Shown here piece after piece: positions 36,794-47,167 of a DNA stretch of 64,000 bases; position 1 is the stretch's first letter, and every line of letters starts with the position of its first letter. Source of the DNA: Candidatus Aenigmarchaeota archaeon LH_S7 (lineage in GTDB: Archaea > Aenigmatarchaeota > Aenigmatarchaeia > QMZS01); the NCBI GenBank assembly GCA_023659895.1, contig JAGXOL010000002.1, positions 4,388 to 68,387 of the forward strand, written 5' to 3'. The notes below the pieces were generated by a model, which ran no database searches, was not told the DNA's origin, and was given only the letters and a program-made list of their open reading frames with translations. Both the position numbers and the translations under genes were made by a program.

Positions 36794-37139
36794 ACCTAAA
36801 ACTTTGCCTTTATCATACAGGGAAAAAAAGAGATATATTACTTTTGAAATTCTTTCAGATAACAAGATAGAGATTGAGGAACTAATAAAATCTGTTTGGA
36901 GTCAAACAATTAATTTTATTGGTGTGTTAGGTGTTGCAAGAACTAATCTGAAGTTCCTGAATGATATATACGACGAAAGAAAGCAGAGGTTTGTTGTTAG
37001 GTGTTCACCTAAAGATGTTGAGTTTGTTAGGTTGGCTCTTGCATTGGTTAGTGAGATAAATGAGAAGAGGGTTGTTTTGAGGAGCTTGGGTGTAACTGGA
37101 ACATTGAAGTCTGCTAAGATTAAGTATTTTGGTTCATAG
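36783..37139 (+). CDS. rnp2: RNase P protein component 2 (Pop5)
   Basis: It has the LPLSYREKKRYITFEI signature and overlaps rnp3. Confidence 0.75.
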   Translation: MRDRPKTLPLSYREKKRYITFEILSDNKIEIEELIKSVWSQTINFIGVLGVARTNLKFLNDIYDERKQRFVVRCSPKDVEFVRLALALVSEINEKRVVLRSLGVTGTLKSAKIKYFGS

Positions 37140-37167
37140 AGCTATAATTAAAAATTTAAGATAATTT

Positions 37168-38073
37168 ATGGCTGAAACATATGTGATAGGGCACAAGAAT
37201 CCTGATACAGATTCTATCTGCTCTGCTATTACTTATTCTCACTTCTTGAAACTGAATGGTAGGGAAGTAAAGCCTGCAAGAGTTGGAGAAATTAATTCTG
37301 AAACAAAGTTTGTCTTGGAGAAGTTTGGGTATGAAAAGCCTGAATTGATTGAGGATGGTACTAGAAAAAGATTTATTTTAGTTGACCACAATGAAGAGGG
37401 TCAAAGAGTCAGTGGAGATTATGAAATCTTGGAGATTATTGATCATCACAAGTTTGATTTCTCATCTTCTAATCCAATTTTTATTTTGAATAAACCTATT
37501 GGATCAACCTGCACGATTATTGCTGAGATGTTTTTTGAGAATGAGTTAGATATTCCTAAAGATATAGCAGGCTTGCTTTTGTCTGGTATTTTATCTGATA
37601 CTGTGATTTTCAAGTCTCCAACAACTACAGAAAAGGATAAGGAAATTGCTGAGAGATTGAACAAGATTGCAGACTTGAATTTGGTTGAACATGGTAAGGA
37701 GATGAAGAAGAAAGGTGCAGAGATTGAGGGGGTTTCAATGAAAGAATTAATTTTGAGGGACTCTAAGGAATATGATTTCAATGGTAAAAAGGTTTGTATT
37801 GGTCAGTTGGAACTGGTTGATACTGAAGAGTTTTTAACTCGTAAAGAAAAAATTTTTGAAACTATGAAATCTATTAAGGAAGAAAAAAGTTATGATTCAT
37901 TGGTTTTTGCGGTTACTGATGTTATGAAAGAAGGTTCCACTTTGTTTTGTCTAGGTGAAGAAGAAAATGTTGGGAAAGCTTTTGAAACTGATTTAAGTTC
38001 AGGTAAGGCTTATCTTGAGGGGGTAATGTCAAGGAAAAAGCAAATTGTACCTGCTTTGGAGAAAGTTTTTTAA
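37168..38073 (+). CDS. ppaC: Family II (Mn-dependent) inorganic pyrophosphatase
   Basis: It has GHKNPDTDSICSA, VDHNE, DHHK and the DHHA2 region SPTTT. Confidence 0.9.
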   Translation: MAETYVIGHKNPDTDSICSAITYSHFLKLNGREVKPARVGEINSETKFVLEKFGYEKPELIEDGTRKRFILVDHNEEGQRVSGDYEILEIIDHHKFDFSSSNPIFILNKPIGSTCTIIAEMFFENELDIPKDIAGLLLSGILSDTVIFKSPTTTEKDKEIAERLNKIADLNLVEHGKEMKKKGAEIEGVSMKELILRDSKEYDFNGKKVCIGQLELVDTEEFLTRKEKIFETMKSIKEEKSYDSLVFAVTDVMKEGSTLFCLGEEENVGKAFETDLSSGKAYLEGVMSRKKQIVPALEKVF

Positions 38074-38362
38074 TAGTAAAATAAAATTTTAGGGTAGTGG
38101 TTTTGACGCGTATGACAAGAGTTTCTCCATTTCTTTTTCCTTTTCTTTGTCAGTATAAAACAGTCCCATTGCAAGTCTAACATCGTCAACAGGGTGAGTT
38201 AAAACATACTCTACCATTTCTTGTCTCGTTTCTTCTGTAACTTCAATATCTGAGAAGTCCTTATCTAATATCTCTTTTTTGGTATAATCTCTTAAATCTT
38301 TTTTGAAATAACCTTTTAAACGTTCTAATATAATATTATATATTCTTAAAAAAAAGAAAAGA

Positions 38363-38914
38363 TTAAAAGGATTTATATTTACTAGTCTCTTCTTTAAAAG
38401 CTTCTGATTTTGATTTTAGGATTTCCAGACTTTTCTTCAAAATATCTTTTTCTGATAAATAAGAGCAACTCTCTACAGTTAAATTAATTTTTTGGGGAGT
38501 TTTGTATTTGTACTTAACTATTGCTGGTTGCCACTTTGAGTGCTCTTTTCCTATTCCCTCCTTAACTTTCGCACTTAGGTTCAATTTTTGATTCTCCAAG
38601 AGTTCATCAATAGGGATTTTCTTGTTTGGGATTTCTATATTTCCATCTGTTTCAAAATCTCCGGATAAAACAGTTTTAGGGCCTTCTACTTGTAATTTTA
38701 CAGTGCCTTCACCTTTTACAGGTATTAAACCTAGTCTGTTAGCCAAAATTTCATCCTGAAGAGCAGAATTGTTTTCCTTTATAAACACATCCTCTATTGC
38801 TGTTAATGGAATCTCACTGAGCATTATCCTTCTCAGGGCATTGGCAAAGTTAGGTGTTGAATCTTTTAATTCCATCTCCAATTTACCCTTAAATTCTTTA
38901 GTACTAATTTCCAT
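38363..38914 (-). CDS. rpoD: DNA-directed RNA polymerase subunit D (Rpo3), short form
   Basis: It has FANALRRIMLSEIP..LANRLGLIPV. At 183 aa, no Fe-S domain cysteines are present. Confidence 0.85.
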   Translation of the reverse strand: MEISTKEFKGKLEMELKDSTPNFANALRRIMLSEIPLTAIEDVFIKENNSALQDEILANRLGLIPVKGEGTVKLQVEGPKTVLSGDFETDGNIEIPNKKIPIDELLENQKLNLSAKVKEGIGKEHSKWQPAIVKYKYKTPQKINLTVESCSYLSEKDILKKSLEILKSKSEAFKEETSKYKSF

Positions 38915-38977
38915 TAATTATTTAATTTGGAAATTTTTATATTGTGATTATATAACAATGTTATAATTTAGACATTT

Positions 38978-39187
38978 TTATTTTGGGACTGATGGTACTT
39001 CTTCCTTAGGTGTAAAAATCTTTGGTGTTGGTGGTCCTCCTGTAGTGGATTCGGTAGAAGCGTTCAACTCTGGACCTGTTGTATTGTTTATATCTGCGCC
39101 ACCCTGAAATTGTTGGGTGCAACCACCGATCAAAATTACTCCGACAAGGAACAAACAAACCACCCAAATACCTAATTTGTTTTTCAT
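38978..39187 (-). CDS. Small putative lipoprotein
   Basis: A signal peptide ends in LIGGC (lipobox-like), followed by a T/P/G-rich tail. Confidence 0.45.
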   Translation of the reverse strand: MKNKLGIWVVCLFLVGVILIGGCTQQFQGGADINNTTGPELNASTESTTGGPPTPKIFTPKEEVPSVPK

Positions 39188-39205
39188 TCTCCACCCCATA
39201 AAAAT

Positions 39206-40591
39206 TTACCTATTGGGAAAAGGTATCTCAACTTTTTTAGATAAATCACAATCTGCATCTGATTTTATGTAATAACCTTGTCCTAACTCAAATTTTGTTG
39301 GATGCTCCCAACTATCTGTTTTTGGGTTCCATTTCCAGACTTTATAGCCTTCATAAGGAACTAAATGATCTTCACAAGCCCCTAAAATTTGCTCTAAATT
39401 AGTTTCTCCAGGACTAATCATATTCCAACCTTTGTAAATTTTTTGTCTCTCAAACTCAAATTTCTTTCCCGTGATATTTACAATACAGTCCACATTGACC
39501 TTTACATAATACCCTTTCCCAAGTTCCAAAACTGTTGGATGACTCCACTCATCTATAGTTGTGTCCCAATACCAAACTTTATAGTCTTTGTAAGGAACTA
39601 ACTCACAAGTTTTTTCTATTTCTGAGACTGAAATAGGTCTTGTAACTGGAGAAGAAATCATATTCCATCCTCTGTAAAGTTTTAAACTACGAGTCTCATT
39701 TCTTATGCAGGCACCATCTTCACAACCATTTGGACAGGTATAAGTCTTTGACTCAATTTTACCTCCTTTTTCACAGTAATGTTCTAACATATTTCCTCCA
39801 AGTTGTAAGCAGAAATCTTTTGGCTTAATTGCTTCACAAATTTTTTTACCTTCCCTTATATAACATCTACTAACAATTCCTTTTTTATAATAGTTTATTC
39901 CTCCGTCTGAGTCTTTGCAATAATATTTGCAATCTTTTGAGCAAGTTTCTGGGGTTTCGTTTCCATTGCAGATTCTATCACCACAATAAGTTCTTGATAT
40001 TGGTGTTATGTTCTTTTCTACAACAATATCAATATCAACCCTTGCTCCATCTGGACAAAGACAACAACCCCCACAACCAGATCCAGATTGCCACTCTATT
40101 TTACCTATGGTTTTATTTACATTACAATAGGTATCTATTAAAACATTATTCGAGCTATAGGTATCTGAAGTAATAGAACATTTTACAACTTTGGTTATCT
40201 TCCAATCTGAATCTGGATTTGATTTAATCCAACCAGCATTCTGAGGTTGACCTTTTCCACAATCAGCATCAGACCTCCCCCTCACCAAAATTTTGTATTT
40301 ATATTTATTAGAGTTTATATATTTCCTCTCTATATCCCAAGCATCAGGATAATAACGATATTTTCCATCATAAGAACAATATCTATTAGAAGTTGTGTAA
40401 GTATTATCAGAAGCATTTAAATCTGCATAGTAAGTTTCTCCATCTTTAGCAACATTTCCAAATATTTGTGACTGATTAGAATTATACTCATAATCTGTTG
40501 TAGTAAATTGTGCTGAAATATCCCAAGCATAAACTGTTCCGCTTAATAGGATAAATCCAAAAATTAATGATAGACACACTTTTATTTTCAT
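39206..40591 (-). CDS. Secreted Cys-rich protein with two C-terminal repeats of about 75 aa each
   Basis: It has the signal peptide MKIKVCLSLIFGFILLSGTVYA. The repeats are YRGWNMIS..VPYKDYKVWYWD..W.HPT..ELGKGYYVK and YKGWNMIS..VPYEGYKVWKWN..WEHPT..ELGQGYYIK. Confidence 0.6.
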   Translation of the reverse strand: MKIKVCLSLIFGFILLSGTVYAWDISAQFTTTDYEYNSNQSQIFGNVAKDGETYYADLNASDNTYTTSNRYCSYDGKYRYYPDAWDIERKYINSNKYKYKILVRGRSDADCGKGQPQNAGWIKSNPDSDWKITKVVKCSITSDTYSSNNVLIDTYCNVNKTIGKIEWQSGSGCGGCCLCPDGARVDIDIVVEKNITPISRTYCGDRICNGNETPETCSKDCKYYCKDSDGGINYYKKGIVSRCYIREGKKICEAIKPKDFCLQLGGNMLEHYCEKGGKIESKTYTCPNGCEDGACIRNETRSLKLYRGWNMISSPVTRPISVSEIEKTCELVPYKDYKVWYWDTTIDEWSHPTVLELGKGYYVKVNVDCIVNITGKKFEFERQKIYKGWNMISPGETNLEQILGACEDHLVPYEGYKVWKWNPKTDSWEHPTKFELGQGYYIKSDADCDLSKKVEIPFPNR

Positions 40592-40909
40592 ATATTTTTT
40601 GTCTTTTAAGAGTTTCAAACCATATAAAATAAGATAATATATATATTCTACTATCATAATAGTTTTTAAATAGTATTTTGTACTTTGCAAAGATATAGGC
40701 AACACTCCCATAAAAATATATAAATAAAAAACTTTAAATAATTCTATCTAACTATATTCCAAACTCTCTTTGGTGCTCTTAGGTCGTTCTCTAAACCTTT
40801 TATTCCTTTTTCTATCAATCTCTCAGCCTATTTAAGTATTATCTTCTTTGTTGTGTTATAGATTTGGCATAAAATGGATTTAAAAAACTTTGATCCAAGG
40901 ATTGTTTAA

Positions 40910-41734
40910 TTAGCAATGACCCTTGTACCTGTGCTCCAAGACTATCTCCCCAAAAGAGTTTATTAAATAAACAATGTCACCTTCACAATCATTGTTCCAA
41001 ACAGCACTGCAACCTTTTCCTGAATGGTTCCAGTATAACTCGTTTTTTGTGTTCTCACCAGCTCCTGTATAAATAGTTAACTTGCCATAAGGCTCAAGCT
41101 CTGATTTTGGTAGTAAATAAGAATTGTCATCACTGTCTTGAATCTTCCACTTTGTTAAATCACATGAAATGTTACAGAAATTCTTGAAAACAACATATTC
41201 ATCATTCAAGTTATAGCAATCATTATCATTTGCATCCCAATTAATATAAGAAATTCCTATACAAGTATCATCGCATTTTTCCTTTACTCCGCAAAGGTTA
41301 ATATCTTCTTTCAAGCAGTTCTGCCAAGCCTCTTGTATCTCTGATTTATGCTTAAGGTTTTCCAGGATATAGGGTTTTGCATAACCTTCCCTAACCAATT
41401 TGATGTTAACCATTTCTCCATCTACGTAAACATATCTCAACCATCTCCCATACTTGTCTTTATCCTTAAAGTCCTTCTTCAAAATTACTTTTTTATTGCC
41501 AATTAATTCCTTCAACCTATCTTTTGCTTCCTCATAATATTCCTGTCCCTTTTCCGGAGAATTTATTCCCAACAATCTAACATACTCACCATTTTCCAGT
41601 CTTATTGTGTCACCATCCACAACATTTACAATCTTAAATTTCTCTTCTGAGGTCAGGAACAAAAATGATAAAACTAAAGTTGCTAGGATTGCTATGGAAG
41701 CGAAAATCAAATAATTTCTTTTTTTCTTCTTCAT
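40910..41734 (-). CDS. Secreted staphylococcal-nuclease (SNase)-like nuclease fused to a lamin-tail-like domain
   Basis: A TM/signal is followed by VVDGDTIRL..VRLLGINSPE..RYVY. The C-terminal EYVVFKN..WKIQD..LTIYTGAG resembles an LTD. Confidence 0.75.
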   Translation of the reverse strand: MKKKKRNYLIFASIAILATLVLSFLFLTSEEKFKIVNVVDGDTIRLENGEYVRLLGINSPEKGQEYYEEAKDRLKELIGNKKVILKKDFKDKDKYGRWLRYVYVDGEMVNIKLVREGYAKPYILENLKHKSEIQEAWQNCLKEDINLCGVKEKCDDTCIGISYINWDANDNDCYNLNDEYVVFKNFCNISCDLTKWKIQDSDDNSYLLPKSELEPYGKLTIYTGAGENTKNELYWNHSGKGCSAVWNNDCEGDIVYLINSFGEIVLEHRYKGHC

Positions 41735-41760
41735 AAAAATAATTTTAAAGTGTTATTAAA

Positions 41761-42078
41761 TTACTCTTTCATCTTTACTTCAATATTTACATTGTGTGGT
41801 ATCTGCAATCTCATTATTTGGTGCAAAGCTCTCTCAGTTTCCCCTATTTCAAGCAGTCTCTTGTGCACTCTCATCTCCCATCTGTCAAATTTTGCATTTC
41901 CATGACCTGTACCTGTTTTCATTTGTCTCATCACAGGTATTCTCAAAGTCTTGGTTGGCAAAGGAATAGGACCGCGAACACTTGCTCCTAATTTTTCCAC
42001 AAGCTCTTTTATATTTATAGCTGTCTCATCAAGACTTTCCTTATCCTTGCTCCAAAGCTTTATTCTTGCTTTTTGCAT
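41761..42078 (-). CDS. rps10: 30S ribosomal protein S10 (uS10)
   Basis: It has ARIKL..GPIPLPTK..HKRLLEI. Confidence 0.92.
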   Translation of the reverse strand: MQKARIKLWSKDKESLDETAINIKELVEKLGASVRGPIPLPTKTLRIPVMRQMKTGTGHGNAKFDRWEMRVHKRLLEIGETERALHQIMRLQIPHNVNIEVKMKE

Positions 42079-42155
42079 AAAATTTAACAAAATTTAATAA
42101 ATAAGTGTTGTTTTTTTCTTAACAATGAAGCAAGTATTTCTAAAAAAATAGTATA

Positions 42156-43116
42156 GGGGTGTGTGAAATAAACCAAATTAATAGATGGAAGCAGGTAATA
42201 TTATAAGACATTTGGTAAACAAAGGGATGGTTCCATCTCAGAAAGGCAGAGGTAGAAGAGGATATAGAAATGTACCAAGAACAAGAACTTTAATTTACCA
42301 GAAAATTAGAGGATTCAATGATTGCCAGTTAATCAGACATTTAAAAGCAAATCCAAAAGTTAGAAGAAGCCTTGGATTAACAGGAGTTCCAGACAGGTCA
42401 AGACTCAGTGTCTGGAAGAATCTATATTCGGATCTTGTGATAACTGCCTTCAACAAATTGTCATCAATAATCCAGATGATAATTCCAACAGACATGTTAG
42501 TTGCGGATTCAACTCCTTTAGTGGATGAAGAAGATCCAGATGCAAAAGTTGGTTTTAATTCAAGAGGGGCATTCAAAGGATTTAAAACACATCTTTCTGT
42601 AAACCATCTTGGATTGCCTCTAAAGGCAATTTTAACAACAGGCAATAAACATGATTCCCCTTTCTTACCAGAGTTATTGGTCTCAGGTAAACTTGCTTTA
42701 GCAGATGCTGGTTATGATTCAGAGGCCAATAGAAAAGCTTGTAGAGAGAAAGGGGCAAAACCAGTAATTGCAAAAAACAGGAGGAACACCAAGAAAAGAC
42801 GTTGGACTCCAAAAATACTGAAGAAAAAGAGATATATTGTTGAGCAGTTCAATTCAATTATCAAGAACTCAATGGATAAATGTTGGCAGAAGGTTAGAGG
42901 AATCATAAGAAAAACATCTGTTGTTTTTGCTTCATTGAGTGCAATATTGCTCACTGCTATTGACAGTATTATCAATAACAAAACAAGTCTCAGGGAATTC
43001 AGCAGATTTAGAATCTAAAATAGTAAGGTGGAAATTATCTCTTTAGTGGGAGCATGTGTGCGAAATTAGGCTTCCTGTAGAGAGTTGATTAGTTGGTTAT
43101 TTTATTTCGCACACCC
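42156..43116 (+). mobile_element. IS4/IS5-superfamily insertion sequence, copy 2
   Basis: It has the same termini as copy 1 (GGGGTGTGTGAAATAAACC ... TTATTTCGCACACCC). It is flanked by AAAAATAGTAT on both sides. Confidence 0.85.
42185..43018 (+). CDS. DDE transposase (IS4/IS5 type), 277 aa
   Basis: It has VADSTPL, ADAGYDS and RYIVEQFNSIIKN. Confidence 0.9.
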   Translation: MEAGNIIRHLVNKGMVPSQKGRGRRGYRNVPRTRTLIYQKIRGFNDCQLIRHLKANPKVRRSLGLTGVPDRSRLSVWKNLYSDLVITAFNKLSSIIQMIIPTDMLVADSTPLVDEEDPDAKVGFNSRGAFKGFKTHLSVNHLGLPLKAILTTGNKHDSPFLPELLVSGKLALADAGYDSEANRKACREKGAKPVIAKNRRNTKKRRWTPKILKKKRYIVEQFNSIIKNSMDKCWQKVRGIIRKTSVVFASLSAILLTAIDSIINNKTSLREFSRFRI

Positions 43117-43154
43117 TTAAAAATAGTATTTAAAAATTTAAAACATATTACACT

Positions 43155-44783
43155 ATGGATGGATTAAATCAGCCAATAATGGTATTGTCGGAAAATTCGT
43201 TTCGACAGACAGGAAAAGATGCTCAGAAAGCAAATATAACAGCAGCTACTAATTTAGCAGAATCTATAAGAAGCACTTTAGGACCAAGAGGAATGGACAA
43301 GATGCTTGTTGATAGCGTGGGAGACATCACAATAACAAACGATGGTGTAACAATATTGAATGGAATGGAAATTCAACATCCAGCAGCAAAGATAATGGTG
43401 GAAATCGCAAAAACCCAGGAGCAAGAAGTAGGTGATGGAACAACTACTGCTGTAGTACTCGCAGGAAATCTCTTAAAAAATGCAGAGGACTTACTAGACC
43501 AAGGAATCCACAGGACAACAATAATTGAAGGTTATAGATTAGCAGTAAAGAAAGCCACTGATTTGTTAGATGAAGTTGCAGTTAAAGTTGGTTTAAATGA
43601 TGAAGAAAGTCTAAAGAAAATTGCTCTCACTGCAATGACAGGAAAGGGAACTGAGGGAGCAAAAGATACGTTGTCAGAACTTGCAATGAAAGCAGTAAAG
43701 TATGTTACTCATGAGAAAAATGGAAAAACTGTTATAAAAACAGATGACATACAAATAGAGAAAAAGCAGGGAAGTTCAATCACTAAAACAGAATTGATTA
43801 AAGGTGTAGTGGTTGATAAGGAAGTTGTTAATTCAGCTATGCCAAGAAATATTAATAGCGCGAAAATCGCTTTGATAAATTCAGCTTTGGAAGTTAAATC
43901 TACTGAAACTGATGCAAAGATATCCATAACAGACCCTGGAAAGATGCAAGAATTTAGTGAGCAGGAAACAAGTATATTAAAAAATTTAGCAGACAAAATA
44001 AAAGAAAGTGGTGCTAATGTGGTATTCTGTCAAAAAGGAATTGATGACACAGTACAATATTATTTGGCTAAGAATGGAATTTTGGCAGCAAGGAGAGTGA
44101 AAGAAGGTGATATAGAAAAATTAGCAAAGGCAACAGGAGCAAAAATAATTTCCAATGTTCAGGAAATTTCTTCTGAAGATTTGGGAGAAGCAGGAGTGGT
44201 AGATGAAAAGAAAATTGGGGAAGACAAGATGATTTTCGTAAGAGAATGCAAGGAACCTAAAGCAGTTTCAATTTTGATCAGAGGAGGAACAGAACACGTA
44301 GTTGAAGAAGCTAAGAGATCTATGGATGATGCAATTTTAGGGATTGCAACAACATTGGATGTAGGCTCTTACGTGTATGGAGGAGGAGCAGTTGAAATAG
44401 AACTAGCAAGAAATTTAAGGAATTATGCAGAAGGAATTGGTGGAAAAGAACAATTAGCTATAAATAGTTTCGCTGAGTCTTTGGAAATAGTTCCTAGAAC
44501 TTTGGCGGAAAGCACAGGGAAGGATGCAGTAGAATTATTAGTTTCTGGAAAGAGCAAGCATGAATCAGGAGAAACAAACTATGGAATAGATGTTTACAAT
44601 GGGAAGATAGCAGACATGGAAAAGCAAGGTGTTGTAGAGCCAACAAAAATAAAGCTTCAAGCAATAAGTTCAGCTTCAGAAGTAACAGAGATGATCTTGA
44701 GGATAGACGATGTGATAACATCAGGTAAATCAAGTGGTCAAGGAGAACAGCAAATGCCACCTGGAATGGGTGGAGGAATGTAA
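43155..44783 (+). CDS. ths: Thermosome subunit (group II chaperonin)
   Basis: It has [31 protein letters not shown] and a C-terminal GGM tail. Confidence 0.95.
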   Translation: MDGLNQPIMVLSENSFRQTGKDAQKANITAATNLAESIRSTLGPRGMDKMLVDSVGDITITNDGVTILNGMEIQHPAAKIMVEIAKTQEQEVGDGTTTAVVLAGNLLKNAEDLLDQGIHRTTIIEGYRLAVKKATDLLDEVAVKVGLNDEESLKKIALTAMTGKGTEGAKDTLSELAMKAVKYVTHEKNGKTVIKTDDIQIEKKQGSSITKTELIKGVVVDKEVVNSAMPRNINSAKIALINSALEVKSTETDAKISITDPGKMQEFSEQETSILKNLADKIKESGANVVFCQKGIDDTVQYYLAKNGILAARRVKEGDIEKLAKATGAKIISNVQEISSEDLGEAGVVDEKKIGEDKMIFVRECKEPKAVSILIRGGTEHVVEEAKRSMDDAILGIATTLDVGSYVYGGGAVEIELARNLRNYAEGIGGKEQLAINSFAESLEIVPRTLAESTGKDAVELLVSGKSKHESGETNYGIDVYNGKIADMEKQGVVEPTKIKLQAISSASEVTEMILRIDDVITSGKSSGQGEQQMPPGMGGGM

Positions 44784-44814
44784 TTTTTGTTTTTTTTTGT
44801 TATTTTATTAATTT

Positions 44815-45978
44815 ATGGAATCTAAACTTGAATTAGTAATAATTCTATCTCATGAACTAAATGAAAAAAAGTTTGGAGATATTAAAGAAAAAATTAAAAG
44901 TTTAGATGATGTTGTTTCTGTGGATTATAGTGCAAACAGAGTTTACATTAATATACAGGGAAATAAAGACTTCTCAAATTTCATCTTTGATATTCGTGAA
45001 AAAATGAAACAATGGTTAAAAGAATACAAGATAGGGGTTAGGGATTTTTTCATACTTAATTACGAGATAACAATCTCTGCAAATTTTGTTGGTAAGATGA
45101 ATGTACCAGTAGCAAAAAGTGTGGTAGGTAATGGAAAAAGCTGCAAGATCGTTTTCAAAGGCTTGGAGAAAGAATTCCTGAGGAGAGGTATTATAGGTAA
45201 AACCATAAAGCTAGTTCATGATAAGAGCAGAGAGAAAAAGGAAAAAACTTTTTTTGATAACAAATTGGAATCCAAAAAGAGAAAAAGTTTGAAAGACAAG
45301 GTAAAGAAAGGTGTTATAAAGAACAAGAATTTTTATTTGCCTGAAGGAGCAGAGGAGATTTCCAATTTAAAAGAGAATTTAGTTGCAAAATTGAAAGAAA
45401 ATTTTGATTGCAATGAGATTTTTGTCCCAAAGAAAGTGCCACTAAGCCTGCTTGAAGAAAAAAATATATTTGATTTAATACCTAGAAAAGCTTTCTCTTA
45501 TTTTTCCTCAGTTCCTGAAAAAAAGGAACTGCTTTATGAAATTTCTTTTTTAACAGGGAAGATTCCAAGAATAGAAACAAAAAACAAATCAATTCTTTTC
45601 AATGAGATTCCATTAACCTTATTCAAAGCTTTGGAAAATACTAATCTCGCGGGAAATAACTATTATTACATTGAGGAACTCAAGATAAACCTTGCCTTTT
45701 TTGAAAATGGTGGCTATAATGAATTAAGGAAAAAGATAATTGAATTTTTTAGAGAGATTCTTGATGAAAAAGAAGTGAGGTACAGAATTTTGGAAAACAA
45801 GTTTACCTTGAGAAACAGGGAAGTAGAATATTACAAATTTGAGGTGAAAGCAGGAAGGAAGTGGAAAAAGGTTGTGGATGTTTTGTTTCCCACAGATGTT
45901 TACACAAGTATTTTCAAGATTAGAGGAAGGAGCGCGCATGCAACAATAGATTTAGATAAGATGTTTTTTATAAATTAA
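44815..45978 (+). CDS. Hypothetical protein
   Basis: This is a 387-aa ORF with coding-like composition. No family was recognised with confidence. Confidence 0.55.
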   Translation: MESKLELVIILSHELNEKKFGDIKEKIKSLDDVVSVDYSANRVYINIQGNKDFSNFIFDIREKMKQWLKEYKIGVRDFFILNYEITISANFVGKMNVPVAKSVVGNGKSCKIVFKGLEKEFLRRGIIGKTIKLVHDKSREKKEKTFFDNKLESKKRKSLKDKVKKGVIKNKNFYLPEGAEEISNLKENLVAKLKENFDCNEIFVPKKVPLSLLEEKNIFDLIPRKAFSYFSSVPEKKELLYEISFLTGKIPRIETKNKSILFNEIPLTLFKALENTNLAGNNYYYIEELKINLAFFENGGYNELRKKIIEFFREILDEKEVRYRILENKFTLRNREVEYYKFEVKAGRKWKKVVDVLFPTDVYTSIFKIRGRSAHATIDLDKMFFIN

Positions 45979-46267
45979 TTAACTTCAACATCACAAATTT
46001 GTTTTAAACCGTTCGAGGAATACACTTCCAAGAGGTTTTCAGTAGCTTCTTTTAAAGTAAAACCATTTGAAAAAGGTACCTTTTCCTCTTCTCCATTTAT
46101 CATTTCTGCTTTCTCCAATAAATCCAAAGGTAATCTTTCAGCTAGCTCATACCTTATCAATGTGTCCCCTAGATTAGCATATTTATCAAAGAAATTCGTT
46201 CTTTTTCTTTGTCAAGTATCTTGAGATAATCCAAAAAATAAATTTCCGCGCTGTATTTAGTTTCCAT
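45975..46267 (-). pseudogene. Small hypothetical gene split by a frameshift
   Basis: The ATG at 46267 opens METKYSAEIYFLDYLKILDKEK.. and ends at a TAG. The frame of ORF 45975-46160 is open from 46211. The two join if the A5 run at 46202-46206 changes length by one. Confidence 0.4.
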
Positions 46268-46293
46268 ACTATAAACTATTTAAAAAATAAGGA

Positions 46294-46866
46294 TTATTTC
46301 CCTCTACTTTCGTTTGACTTTATGCTAGGTCTAATTTTTTCGGTTCCAAAACCTTTCTTTCTCAAACCACGGGATTTCTTTGCAGAACTTGTCTTACCTT
46401 TATAAACCCTTCCTTTGTGCTGTTTTTCTAAAATCCATTTAACATCCTTATCATTCTTGATTTGAGGATGGTTCTTATCTACTAAAATCACTTCATACCA
46501 TCTGTTTATTCCATCATCAGCAGCCCAGTAAGAATTCAAGACTTCTAGATTAGGGAATTTCTTTGATACTCTTTCCTCTGCTATCCATTGCTTGCTTTTT
46601 TTAGCAGGGATTCTTGTTCCCATACTATGAGGTTTCTTACCTTTTCTCTTTATAGGCCTTTTTCTTGTACCCTTCTTTATTCTTACTCTTGTAACAATAA
46701 AACCTTGCTTGGATTTATATCCCAAAGCTTTCGCTCTATCTAATCTTGTTGGTCTCTCTACCTTAGTTACAACATTCTCTTTTCTCCAGGATATTAATCT
46801 CTCTTTATATGGCTTGTTCTCTTTAGGTCTTTTCCAGATTTGCCTTAAATACTTTGTAAAGCTCAT
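46294..46866 (-). CDS. rpl15e: 50S ribosomal protein L15e
   Basis: It has MSFTKYLRQIWKRPK..LGYKSKQGFIVTRVRI. The start at 46866 replaces the longer hydrophobic ORF extension. Confidence 0.92.
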   Translation of the reverse strand: MSFTKYLRQIWKRPKENKPYKERLISWRKENVVTKVERPTRLDRAKALGYKSKQGFIVTRVRIKKGTRKRPIKRKGKKPHSMGTRIPAKKSKQWIAEERVSKKFPNLEVLNSYWAADDGINRWYEVILVDKNHPQIKNDKDVKWILEKQHKGRVYKGKTSSAKKSRGLRKKGFGTEKIRPSIKSNESRGK

Positions 46867-46892
46867 TATAATTAAAAAAAATAAAATAATAT

Positions 46893-47141
46893 ATGAATCC
46901 AATAATAAAACTGATTGTAGGAATTCTGATAACCCTAGCAGGAATAGCCTGGTATATATTCCCAGAAGCCATAACATCACTTGGATTTAGCATAGACCCT
47001 ATCAACAGCCTTAAAATGATAATTTCAGGGGTAGTGGGCTTAGCATTGATTATAATAGGTGTTCTTTTGATATGGATTGAGGCAGAAGAAATCAGAGAAG
47101 GAAGCCTAAGTAGTAGTGGAGAAAGCAAAGAAGAAAAATAA
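46893..47141 (+). CDS. Small two-TM membrane protein
   Basis: This is an 82-aa ORF with two clear hydrophobic helices and an acidic tail. Confidence 0.45.
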   Translation: MNPIIKLIVGILITLAGIAWYIFPEAITSLGFSIDPINSLKMIISGVVGLALIIIGVLLIWIEAEEIREGSLSSSGESKEEK

Positions 47142-47167
47142 AATAATTTTATTTTTATTTTTTATTC

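Noticed and set aside
38089-38340. Minus-strand open frame downstream of rpoD encoding ..LERLKGYFKKDLRDYTKKEILDKDFSDIEVTEETRQEMVEYVLTHPVDDVRLAMGLFYTDKEKEKEMEKLLSYASKPLP
   Set aside because: It looks coding-like, but the only canonical start (ATG at 38216) would give 42 aa. The longer frame has no start and runs into the rpoD 3' end. It is left unannotated pending homology evidence.
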